NCBI GenBank assembly: GCA_000091165.1
Contig: FP565575.1
Span: 1,260,001 to 1,292,000 of the forward strand
Source of the DNA: Candidatus Methylomirabilis oxygeniifera
GTDB taxonomy: Bacteria > Methylomirabilota > Methylomirabilia > Methylomirabilales > Methylomirabilaceae
Length of the DNA: 32,000 nt
Direction: 5' to 3'
Shown here one piece after another: positions 14,545 through 23,310 of the stretch (positions within the stretch are counted from its first letter, which is position 1; each line of letters opens with the position of its first letter). The notes under the pieces are model-generated. The model did no database searches and was not told the origin of the DNA. It worked only from the letters and a program-made list of their open reading frames with translations. A program made the position numbers and the translations under genes.

Positions 14545-16218
14545 CTACATGCGCTCGGGGGCGGAGACGCCCAGCAAGCCCAGTGTGTTGGCCATGACCA
14601 CGCGAAGGGCAGCCACCAGCGTCAGGCGGGCGCGCGTGAGATTGGTATCGGCGGAGATAATCCGATGGCGAGCGTAGTAGCCGTGAAACTGCGCGGCGAG
14701 GTCGTGCAGATAGGTGGTGAGTCTGTGCGGCTCCAGCGCTTGCGCCGCCCCGATGACCAGTTCGGGATAGAGCGCCAATTGCTTGATCAACCCGATCTCT
14801 TCCGGCAGATCGAGCCGATCGAGGTTGTCTTCGGGGGATGGGACCGGAAGTTGCGCCCTGGTCGCCTCCCGGAGGATGCCGCAGAGGCGGGTGTGGGCGT
14901 ACTGCACGTAGTAAACCGGGTTCTCCTCAGACGCCGATTTGACAAGCTCCAGATCGAAGTCTAACTGGCTGTCGCACCGTCGGGTAAGAAAGGTGTAGCG
15001 TGCTGCATCCCGTCCCACCTCATCGACCAACTCCCCCATCGTCACGAACTGCCCGGCCCGCTTGGACATCCGGACCTGCTCGGTCCCACGCATCAATCGG
15101 ACAAGCTGTACAATCAGGATCTTCAGCGCTCCCGGCGGATGACCAAGCGCTTGCATGGCAGCCTGCATCCGAGGCACATAGCCGTGGTGGTCGGGTCCCC
15201 AAAGATCGATCACCTGCGCGAAGCCGCGGGCAAACTTATCCTGGTGATAGGCGATGTCGGGAAGAAAATAGGTGATCTCGCCATCACCCTTTACGAGGAC
15301 TCGATCTTTGTCGTCGCCAAAGAGGGTGGAACGAAACCAGACGGCCCCATCCTGCTCATACAGGAAACTGCGCGCCTTCAACGCCTCGATCACCTGCGTC
15401 GTGTCGCCGCGCTCTCGGAGATTGCGTTCGCTGAACCACCCGTCAAAGGTGACCCCGTACGCCTCGAGTGAGGCCCGCTGCCACTCAATGATCCGCTCGA
15501 CCGCAAAGCGACCCAGTCGGTCGCGACGTTCGGGCTCCGGCGCGGAGAGCACCTCCGGCCCGTGCTGATCCAGAAACTCGCGGGCCAGATCGATCAGATA
15601 CTCTCCCGGATAGGCCTCTTCCGGCATCGGGCAGTCCTCACCCTGCAGTTGACGGCATCGTACCTCCATCGCCAACGCAAGGGTGCGGAATTGGTTCCCC
15701 GCATCGTTCACATAGTACTCACGGTACGGCCGATGTCCAATAGCCTCTAAGAGCCGAGCGATGGCATCACCGATGGCCGCAGCCCTGGCATTGACCACGA
15801 CGAGCGGGCCGGTCGGATTCGCGCTGACAAACTCCACCAGCACCGGACGCCCGCCGCCGACATCAGCCCTTCCGTACGTCGGCCCGGCTCGCAGAATCTC
15901 CTGAGCCAGATGACGCCAGAACGGCCGGGCGATAAAGAAGTTCAGATAGCCGGCGCCCGCCACCTCGACGCGATCGACCAGATCAGACGGAAAGGCTGCT
16001 GAGGCGGCAATCTGCATCGCGATGTCGCGGGGCCTCTGCCGCAGCGCTTTCGCCAGACCGAAGGCCAGCGTAGTTGAGAGGTCGCCGAAAACCGGGTCAC
16101 TCGGATATTCCCACGTCATCGGCGTGGAAGCGCCCTGCGGGAGTCCGGCTTCGAATCCCGACTGCTTGATAGTCGTGAGAAGCGCCTCAGTCAGGCGCGT
16201 CTTAAGTGCACCGATCAT
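14545..16218 (-). CDS. argS: Arginine--tRNA ligase
   Basis: SANPTGPLVVVNAR (HIGH-region equivalent), MSKRAG (KMSK-like) and a DALR anticodon-binding tail ending in M. The ATG at 16218 gives 557 aa. Confidence 0.9.
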   Translation of the reverse strand: MIGALKTRLTEALLTTIKQSGFEAGLPQGASTPMTWEYPSDPVFGDLSTTLAFGLAKALRQRPRDIAMQIAASAAFPSDLVDRVEVAGAGYLNFFIARPFWRHLAQEILRAGPTYGRADVGGGRPVLVEFVSANPTGPLVVVNARAAAIGDAIARLLEAIGHRPYREYYVNDAGNQFRTLALAMEVRCRQLQGEDCPMPEEAYPGEYLIDLAREFLDQHGPEVLSAPEPERRDRLGRFAVERIIEWQRASLEAYGVTFDGWFSERNLRERGDTTQVIEALKARSFLYEQDGAVWFRSTLFGDDKDRVLVKGDGEITYFLPDIAYHQDKFARGFAQVIDLWGPDHHGYVPRMQAAMQALGHPPGALKILIVQLVRLMRGTEQVRMSKRAGQFVTMGELVDEVGRDAARYTFLTRRCDSQLDFDLELVKSASEENPVYYVQYAHTRLCGILREATRAQLPVPSPEDNLDRLDLPEEIGLIKQLALYPELVIGAAQALEPHRLTTYLHDLAAQFHGYYARHRIISADTNLTRARLTLVAALRVVMANTLGLLGVSAPERM

Positions 16219-16419
16219 GGGATGAATGTTTCCCTTCCTGTTCAGGGTCAACTGTGTCTTATGCCCGATTGACGCTACTGTTCCAGAGGATTGTGACTGG
16301 CGACGATCATCAGCCCACCGTACGCCATAAGAATCGGAATAGCACACACCAGTATTGGGGCGGGAATGTGAGAGGTCGGCATCAGTAGACGGAGTCAGGT
16401 GATAGTGCGCAGATTGTGG

Positions 16420-16758
16420 TCATCGCGTAAGAGGATAGCCCTGCTTCAACCAAGCCTTGGTCCCCCCCTCGATGTTATACAACTGTGTCTTACCGATCGC
16501 CGCCGCCACTTCGCAGGCTACCGCGCTCCGGATCCCTTCGGCGCATACAAAGATAATGCCGTCCTGCTGAAGCAACTCCCGCGGCCGGTTCATCAGCGTT
16601 CCCAAAGGGATATGTATGGCCTCGGCGATATGCCCCTGGCTCCACTCGGCCGACTCGCGCACATCAACCACGACCATGCCCCCTGCTTCGATCAGCTTCT
16701 TGGCCGTCTCAACATTGATGCGTTCAAATGGATCGCGATATTCCTCTGTCGATGCCAT
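16420..16758 (-). CDS. Single-domain rhodanese sulfurtransferase
   Basis: VVDVRESAEWSQGHI and the active-site loop CAEGIRS. Confidence 0.8.
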   Translation of the reverse strand: MASTEEYRDPFERINVETAKKLIEAGGMVVVDVRESAEWSQGHIAEAIHIPLGTLMNRPRELLQQDGIIFVCAEGIRSAVACEVAAAIGKTQLYNIEGGTKAWLKQGYPLTR

Positions 16759-16885
16759 GCCTCCCCTCTCAAGGTCTGGTAATCTGTCGTCACATCATCC
16801 GCAACATCGAACACAACATTGGCAATGCGCGAACACACTCATCATAACGCATCGCTCTCCCTTGCTTCAAGGGCGATGTACGACC

Positions 16886-17956
16886 TCACTCCTCCAGGAA
16901 GTTGAGAACGCCCCGATAGAGCTGGAGGCGGTTCTTCTCCAGTATGGCGTAATGGGTCGAGTCCCCGATGTCCAGTCGCCGTTTGATTGGCGCCGACGTG
17001 AGTCTCTGGAGCAGCTCGTCCGCCGCTTCGTTGGTCATCAGCTCTTCGGCGCTCCCCCGAACAATCATCGTGGGCGCCTTGACCTTCGCGGGATCGAACA
17101 ACGATCGGCCCGCGTGGATTTCGTGCCAATCGATGTACGGGCCGTTGGGGATCTGAATCGATTCCGGACTGCGTTGTTTGGCTGTAGGATCGGAGCCCAA
17201 CAGCGCGCCGATCCACGCATCAATGACCTCTCTGTCTCGCCATTCATCTTGAAGCTCCGGCTTGATCCACCCATCCCACTGATCAAGCAACTCCTTCTGA
17301 CCCAGATAGCGATAGGCCCCCATTTCAAGGTACGGTCGGTCCGTGTTGGTCGGATCACCGAACGTACTGATAAAGGTAGAATTCTTCCCATAGATCGCCC
17401 CGTACATCACTAACTTACCCACCTTTTCCGGGTGCAGCGTCGCATAGAGGGCCGACCAGGAGGCGCCAATGGAGTATCCGATGATATTGACCTTGTCTAC
17501 CTTTCGCTTGGATCGGATATAATCAACGGCGACATCGATATCCCGCATCACCTGATCCGCCCGAACGAGGGGAAGGTTCTGATATGGGGATTCTTTCATC
17601 TCCGGCGGTCTTGTGGAACGTCCGAACCCCCTGATATCCAGGGTAAACGCGTCAAAGCCGCGTTCGGCCACATACTCCAACCACGAATACCCGGGAATGG
17701 CGAGATCAAACATCACTGAGCCGGGGCCTGGAACGCCGTGAACAAACAGAATCACATTCTCTTTCACAATCTTCGGTAAGTTTGCGAGTCGCTTCTCTCG
17801 AACGAATAATTTGACCCCCTGGTCCTTACCCTGTACCAGAAATTCCTCCTTAACAATGGCGTTCTCTTGTTCTGCTGCGGCCACGGCAGACGCGCTTATC
17901 GCGATAATAGCGACCGCCATCCGGCACACCAAGCCGACTCGCGACCAGTGATCCAT
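16886..17956 (-). CDS. Secreted alpha/beta hydrolase
   Basis: The ATG at 17956 follows AGGAG. The signal-like N-terminus is MDHWSRVGLVCRMAVAIIAISASAVAA and the nucleophile elbow is GYSIGA. Confidence 0.7.
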   Translation of the reverse strand: MDHWSRVGLVCRMAVAIIAISASAVAAAEQENAIVKEEFLVQGKDQGVKLFVREKRLANLPKIVKENVILFVHGVPGPGSVMFDLAIPGYSWLEYVAERGFDAFTLDIRGFGRSTRPPEMKESPYQNLPLVRADQVMRDIDVAVDYIRSKRKVDKVNIIGYSIGASWSALYATLHPEKVGKLVMYGAIYGKNSTFISTFGDPTNTDRPYLEMGAYRYLGQKELLDQWDGWIKPELQDEWRDREVIDAWIGALLGSDPTAKQRSPESIQIPNGPYIDWHEIHAGRSLFDPAKVKAPTMIVRGSAEELMTNEAADELLQRLTSAPIKRRLDIGDSTHYAILEKNRLQLYRGVLNFLEE

Positions 17957-18152
17957 CCTGCGCTCCTTTCTCCGAGAATGATGTCGAAGCATCAAATCCT
18001 TCTGCTCCTGTATCAAAAACGCCTTAGTATAGGGCTACGAGAGGCGGAGGTGTCAACTCCTTTTCACGATGGAATCGGCGAACCGTCATATTACGATTAC
18101 GGTCGTCATTCACCGTTTGCCTCCGAGACCTGATTTTTCTATAATACGATCT

Positions 18153-19010
18153 ATGAATCAGGTGGATGACTTTCACGCCAACAGCCGCACGATCACCAAA
18201 CAGAGTCGATCGAATTTCTATTACGCATTCCTCTTCCTCCCCAAGCCAAAACGCGAGGCGCTCTATGCCGTATACGCCTTCTGTCGGTTAAGCGACGATC
18301 TGGTAGACGAGTCAAAAGCCGGAGTGAATCCGGCTGACGCCCTGACTCGGTGGCGAAAAACGCTGGACGTCTGCCTCGATGACGGCGTCGATTCCCCCGT
18401 CATGACGGCCGTTGGCCAAGCTGCGCGCCAATTTCATATCCCGAAGGTCTATTTTGAAGAACTGCTCAACGGCATGGAGATGGACCTCACGCGCGCCAGA
18501 TACGCGACATTCGAGGATCTCTACCCGTATTGCTACCGCGTCGCGTCGATCGTAGGCCTCATCTGCATCGAAATCTTCGGCTACACCAATCCGCTGACCA
18601 AGAGGTACGCCGAACAACTGGGCATCGCCTTTCAACTGACCAACATTCTTCGGGATGTGGGGGTTGATGCGCAACGAGGACGGATCTATCTTCCACAGGA
18701 TGAGCTGCAGCGATTTGGATATTCCGAAGAAGAGCTGCTGGCGGGGCGTTACAACTACGCCTTTACAGAGCTGATGCGGTTTCAATGCGAGCGCGCCAGA
18801 GGCTATTTTCGAACAGCCTCAGCCGCCTTGACGGCCGAGGACGAACGGTCGCTGCTGGCCGCCGAGATCATGCGGGCCATTTACTACCGCGTGCTGCTCA
18901 GGATCGAAGCGCAGCACTACGATGTCTTCCGCGGGGATATCACCATCGGCAAATCTCAAAAGCTGTTGTTGGCCGGAGGCCTCTGGCTGCGATCGGCACT
19001 GAGGTTATGA
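18153..19010 (+). CDS. Squalene/phytoene synthase family enzyme (HpnD- or CrtB-like)
   Basis: YAFCRLSDDLVDE (first Asp-rich motif) and NILRDVGVDAQRGRIYLPQDEL. The ATG is at 18153. Confidence 0.8.
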   Translation: MNQVDDFHANSRTITKQSRSNFYYAFLFLPKPKREALYAVYAFCRLSDDLVDESKAGVNPADALTRWRKTLDVCLDDGVDSPVMTAVGQAARQFHIPKVYFEELLNGMEMDLTRARYATFEDLYPYCYRVASIVGLICIEIFGYTNPLTKRYAEQLGIAFQLTNILRDVGVDAQRGRIYLPQDELQRFGYSEEELLAGRYNYAFTELMRFQCERARGYFRTASAALTAEDERSLLAAEIMRAIYYRVLLRIEAQHYDVFRGDITIGKSQKLLLAGGLWLRSALRL

Positions 19011-19136
19011 CCATGACCCGTCTTCAGGCCATTCCTTCGAAAGCCCACTTGGCATTCGCCCTCTCCGAAAGGAGTTCCGTTGATTGAGTCGCCGAATTGA
19101 TTAATCCAATAGACCCAACAAACCCGATAGACTCGT

Positions 19137-19733
19137 TTAGCGCCCCTCGCCGTGGTGATCGACCCCAATGTGAGCCTTGATGAACTTGACGATGCGCACC
19201 TCGTCAAACTCATCAAACTTCTCGATCCTGCCCCAAGCCGTTAACGCGATCTTTCGATCCAAGCCGGTATACGGCGCGAGAATAATGTGATCGTAGCGTT
19301 CGGCAATCGCAGTGAGCTGTTTGACCAAGTCAGGACAATCCTGACAAGAGTATTGTATGACCACCCCACCATCTTCGAGATTATGCACCTGCATTTCCTT
19401 GGGGACAGGTTCAGTGTACGTACCCCATCGAGCCAACCCGGGGGTATGGGGCCCTGACGTCGGGGGGTCGCTGTTATACGGCGGATGCGGGGTGCCGAGT
19501 GGAAGGTGAGGGCTCGGCAGGATCGGCACCGTCGCCCAGGTATGCTCTTCCGTCATTTTGCCGTAACCCCAGTATCCGGCAACCAGCAGGATGGCTGCGA
19601 TCGCAGCATATAGCCCGATCTGCCCTGTGTGTGTCTGACGGCGGCTCGCCCTCTGCGTCTCGACTCGTTCTTCTCTCGCCTTCTGTTTTGCCTCTTTCTT
19701 GACCTGTGATTTTTCTCCCTGCGGTTTTGTCAT
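19137..19733 (-). CDS. DUF3105 domain membrane-anchored protein
   Basis: N-terminal Lys-rich region plus one TM helix, then PPTSGPHTPG...HNLEDGGVVIQYSC, typical of DUF3105. Confidence 0.7.
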   Translation of the reverse strand: MTKPQGEKSQVKKEAKQKAREERVETQRASRRQTHTGQIGLYAAIAAILLVAGYWGYGKMTEEHTWATVPILPSPHLPLGTPHPPYNSDPPTSGPHTPGLARWGTYTEPVPKEMQVHNLEDGGVVIQYSCQDCPDLVKQLTAIAERYDHIILAPYTGLDRKIALTAWGRIEKFDEFDEVRIVKFIKAHIGVDHHGEGR

Positions 19734-19751
19734 CGATCCCCCCGAGTATCC

Positions 19752-20669
19752 TTAACTTTTGGACTGGCCCTGAACGCCAGGTTGCGTTTTTCCCCTGCTC
19801 TTCCGACGGGCGCCGGTGCCCTTCGACTCAGTCGCCGGCGGCGTGTCAGGCGGGGCGATAATCGTAAGCAGCTCGCTCGCCGCCTCCTCGATCGATTTGC
19901 AGGTCATATCGATAACCGGCCAGCCCGCCTTCCGAAAGAGTGACCGGCTGTAAGAAAGCTCAGCGCGCACCTTCTCCAACTCTGCATAGGCTTCAGCCAC
20001 AGGCGCATGCTTACGCTCGATTCTGGCCCGTCGCAACTCCACCAGCCGGTCTACTGCAACGACAAGCCCGACAATCCGATCCTGGTCGATCGTCATCAAC
20101 CGACCTGGCAGCGGAAGATTGAGAATGATCGGGACGTTCGCCACCCGCCATCCCTTCCCCGCCAGGTAGATGCTTAACGGCGTCTTTGAGGTCCTCGAAA
20201 TGCCGACCAGGACAATGTCGGCGCGGTCAAGTCCGAGCGGGTGCTGGCCGTCGTCGTGCTTGACGGTGTATTCGATAGCCTCGATCCGGTGGAGGTACTC
20301 CTGCCCCAATTGTCGGAACAGACCGGGTTGCATGAGTGGGGCGACGCGCAGTTGATCGCTCAGGCGAAGCAGAAGCGGCCCGATCAGATCGATGGTCTCT
20401 ACACCACGCTCCCGTCCCTCACGCAACACAGTCTGCCGCAGCTCTTCCGACACCAGCGTGTGTACAATGATCGCCTTGCTCACGTGAGCCGCCTCAATCA
20501 CGCGTCGCACCTCATCCACCGTCCGGATGTTGGGCAGACGGCGGATCTCCACCTCTGCCGCTTGAAACTGGGCCAGCGCGGCTTGGACGACCAGTTCTGC
20601 GGTCGCGCCGGTCGCGTCTGAGATGGCAAGTATCTGATGGCGGCCTCCCGCTGTCGATAGGTTCATCAT
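19752..20669 (-). CDS. ppsR: Pyruvate, water/phosphate dikinase regulatory protein (PpsR/PDRP, DUF299)
   Basis: ISDATGATAE and the P-loop-like GISRTSKTPLSIYLA. A basic C-terminal extension is present. Confidence 0.8.
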   Translation of the reverse strand: MMNLSTAGGRHQILAISDATGATAELVVQAALAQFQAAEVEIRRLPNIRTVDEVRRVIEAAHVSKAIIVHTLVSEELRQTVLREGRERGVETIDLIGPLLLRLSDQLRVAPLMQPGLFRQLGQEYLHRIEAIEYTVKHDDGQHPLGLDRADIVLVGISRTSKTPLSIYLAGKGWRVANVPIILNLPLPGRLMTIDQDRIVGLVVAVDRLVELRRARIERKHAPVAEAYAELEKVRAELSYSRSLFRKAGWPVIDMTCKSIEEAASELLTIIAPPDTPPATESKGTGARRKSRGKTQPGVQGQSKS

Positions 20670-20679
20670 TGCTGTCCTG

Positions 20680-21150
20680 TCATTCCCGGTAGAGTTCGAG
20701 GAGGACCGCTACCTCGTCGCAATAATCCCATTTGATGCACCGACGGCAATCCTTCCATACCTTCTCCGGCAGTGTGAGCCTGTCAACGACGCGGAATCCC
20801 AGACGCTCAAAAAAACCCGGCTTATAGGTCAGGGCAAAGACTCTCCTGATCGGAAGCGTATTCGCTGCAGCGATGCAGGCCTCGGTGACTGCCCGGCCGA
20901 TACCTTTCCTCTCACACTCCGGCTGGACGGCCAGCGATCGAATCTCTGCGAGGTCCGTCCCATAGACAAAGAGAGAGCAGACCCCCGCGATCTGCCCGTC
21001 CTGCTCACAGACGTAAAAATCACCGATCCGACCATGCAGCTCCTGTGGCTCCAGCGGCAACAGATCGCCCTTGCCGGCGAACATATTCACCAGTCGCGCA
21101 ATGGCCGGAACGTCGGTCGTTTTCGCCTTCCTCACCATGCGCTGCCTCAT
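20680..21150 (-). CDS. GNAT N-acetyltransferase (short ArgA-like)
   Basis: The acetyl-CoA motif VQPECERKGIGRAV. There is a 4-nt overlap with the rtcA stop. Confidence 0.75.
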   Translation of the reverse strand: MRQRMVRKAKTTDVPAIARLVNMFAGKGDLLPLEPQELHGRIGDFYVCEQDGQIAGVCSLFVYGTDLAEIRSLAVQPECERKGIGRAVTEACIAAANTLPIRRVFALTYKPGFFERLGFRVVDRLTLPEKVWKDCRRCIKWDYCDEVAVLLELYRE

Positions 21151-22262
21151 CTGTCTAAGTGCGACACACAGGCAGGGGCGCTACCCGCCGCTCTTGCTCT
21201 CCAGGATGAGGCTTTCAGCCCGGCCCCGTCGATGGTGAGCCGACCCGGCTCGCCGAGCCCACCCTCAAGCAATACCTCTATCGGCAGAAACTGCTGAATC
21301 GTCCACAGGTTTGTCAGCAGATGCCGGCTCACGCGCGCTGTCGTAAGAACCGAGCGACCGTTCGCAAGTGCCATGAATAGCGCAAGCTGATCTGCCAGAT
21401 GGCTCTCGGTCGCGGCGTCGTCGGCGAGAAAGTCGAGCAGGGCGTCAATTGCTTCATCGGCTACGCACTCGGCCGGTTTGCCGCGTTCGCCAAGCGCGCC
21501 GAAGCCGCCGCGAGTCTGTTCGAACTCAGCCCATACAAATACGATATCGCCCGGACAGTCGGCATCAAGCTCCGCAATCTCGATCTCGACGGTATAGCCG
21601 ACGTCGGCAAGTCGGCGCCGGATACGATCGGCCTGGCGCTCGGCGATGTTTCTGGAGAGTCCGGCTACGGCTGATACCCCCCGGATAGCCAGCAGCGCTC
21701 CGCGATTCGTCAGATCAATCGAGTTGAGCTGAGGCAGCGGCTGCACAGCAGCCCGCACCTGCCCACCCCCTTTCGGGTAGAAGCCGCCACGTTCCAGTTG
21801 CCAGTCGGCCTCCAGTCCCATTCTCTTCACCATCGGCAGGAATACCTGGGAGACGTACGGAGTCGGCGGACTCCATGGCACGTGCGTTCCACCCGCCAAA
21901 ATAAGAGTTGATGCTCTCTCCGCGAACATAAGCGGCCCCACGAGAGCCTGGAACACTAACGATACCGCTCCGGCCGTCCCGACATCGAATCGCCGTGATC
22001 CGCCGGTAATCGTCCCCGGGACAAAATAAAGACGGGAAGAACCGAGTTCCGCCCCGTACACCTCGGCGCCCGTAATCTCGGCGAGCGCCTTGACGCAGGA
22101 GAGGTGCTGCGGTTGTAGACCGGATCTCTTTCGGCCTGCCCGAATCTTTGTAAGCTCAACGGGCCGACCAAGGACCGCAGACAGGGCCAGGGCCGTCCTG
22201 AGAATCTGCCCGCCTCCCTCCCCGTATGATCCGTCTATCGTGAGAATAGAGGTCTCTTCCAC
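21147..22262 (-). CDS. rtcA: RNA 3'-terminal phosphate cyclase
   Basis: IDGSYGEGGGQILRTALALSAV... is the RtcA N-terminal signature. Length 371 aa. Confidence 0.85.
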   Translation of the reverse strand: MEETSILTIDGSYGEGGGQILRTALALSAVLGRPVELTKIRAGRKRSGLQPQHLSCVKALAEITGAEVYGAELGSSRLYFVPGTITGGSRRFDVGTAGAVSLVFQALVGPLMFAERASTLILAGGTHVPWSPPTPYVSQVFLPMVKRMGLEADWQLERGGFYPKGGGQVRAAVQPLPQLNSIDLTNRGALLAIRGVSAVAGLSRNIAERQADRIRRRLADVGYTVEIEIAELDADCPGDIVFVWAEFEQTRGGFGALGERGKPAECVADEAIDALLDFLADDAATESHLADQLALFMALANGRSVLTTARVSRHLLTNLWTIQQFLPIEVLLEGGLGEPGRLTIDGAGLKASSWRARAAGSAPACVSHLDR

Positions 22263-22301
22263 GCCCCACCCTACTCATCAGCGCCCAGAGCATCTCACTC
22301 C

Positions 22302-22470
22302 GCGTCATTGCGAGACTCAGAGCAAAGCGAAGAGGATGAAGCAATCTGACCCGGAGGGTCATTCCGAGAGAACCGAAGGAATCTCAACTGAAGAGATTGC
22401 TTCGCCTCCGGCTCGCAACGACACTGGGTGTCGGACTGCCACGCTCCTGTTGGTCGCTCGCAATGACAGG
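22302..22470. repeat. Family 2 nested inverted-repeat element (MITE-like)
   Basis: GTCATTGCGAG...GAAGCAATCT (22304-22347) is inverted relative to AGATTGCTTC...CTCGCAACGAC (22394-22422). Between them lies GTCATTCCGAGagaaCCGAAGGAATCTC. A further GCTCGCAATGAC lies at 22455-22466. Confidence 0.75.
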
Positions 22471-22595
22471 ACTAATGGTTTCGCTTGCAGGGCCCAAGAG
22501 AGACTTTCATGCCTATGGGCGAACCAAAAGTTTACGAGGTATTGCGAGCGCACCTTACGCCCGGAACGGTATTATTTGTCCACCGATGGAAACTG

Positions 22596-23030
22596 TCAAG
22601 CGAACTCTGAGGGGCGATCCGCCGAGTCGCCCCTACTCGCTCCTCCCACCTTTTTCTCAGCCTTCTCGTGGAAGCGCGTAAGATCGACGATGACCCGCTC
22701 ATGCCGGCACTCGGCAATCTTCTCCACCTCGTCGAACGCCTCAATCCGAAACGTGAGACGCCGTCCATCAATGTGCGTCAGTTTCGCCACGACCTTCACC
22801 ATGAGCCCAATCGGGGTCGGCGCCAGGTGCGTCATCTTCACGACGCTCCCGACGGTGCCCTGCCCCTCTGAGAGATGCGGCTGTACACCGGCCGTCGCCA
22901 CCTCCTCCATCCACTCGACCACAACCGGCGTGGTGAGCACATGAACGAACGGGTTGCCATGCCGGTCGGCCGCCTCGGTCCCGGTCACCCGCCAGGCGTT
23001 CCCAAACGTCATCCCCTCATACAGGCTCAT
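22596..23030 (-). CDS. Hotdog-fold thioesterase (FlK-like)
   Basis: ...LTTPVVVEWMEEVA...GTVGSVVKMTHLAPTPIG...RRLTFRIEAFDE. The C-terminal ~25 aa may be read-through into a hairpin (GGGGCGAtccgccgagTCGCCCC). Confidence 0.65.
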   Translation of the reverse strand: MSLYEGMTFGNAWRVTGTEAADRHGNPFVHVLTTPVVVEWMEEVATAGVQPHLSEGQGTVGSVVKMTHLAPTPIGLMVKVVAKLTHIDGRRLTFRIEAFDEVEKIAECRHERVIVDLTRFHEKAEKKVGGASRGDSADRPSEFA

Positions 23031-23085
23031 CGCTCCTCCTATCCACGGGATACTGAACCGGTTTCGTCTCTGTGTGGAATAATGC

Positions 23086-23114
23086 TTGACAGGGGCAGGG
23101 AGAGTGACTAGATT
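23086..23114 (+). promoter_or_regulatory. sigma70-like promoter for the APC-RCK operon
   Basis: TTGACA (23086-23091), 17-nt spacer, TAGATT (23109-23114). A second candidate is TTGACG (23209-23214), 17-nt spacer, TAGCAT (23232-23237). Confidence 0.45.
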
Positions 23115-23310
23115 GAGCCGGTTTTGCCGAACCCTATGCCCTCTGCGAGTTCTATGCTATCACACACACGGGCAGTTGAGAGCGGGGCTCTTCATTACTC
23201 CTACTAACTTGACGGAATATGCCGATCGGGATAGCATTCGCACAGCGGCGTCTTGGCCCAGGTGACCAACCGCCCTCGCTGCGCCTACACTTGTGACCGT
23301 AAGGCATTCA

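Noticed and set aside
16616-17413. 265-aa plus-strand ORF. The same applies to 6455-7048, 27147-27929 and 22090-22944.
   Set aside because: All four are antisense to, or span, confidently assigned genes or repeats. They have the composition typical of shadow ORFs.
23115-23310. ydaO/c-di-AMP riboswitch upstream of the APC permease, by analogy with kimA
   Set aside because: I could not find the conserved ydaO core words or its pseudo-twofold architecture by eye. It is kept only as a suggested cmsearch check.
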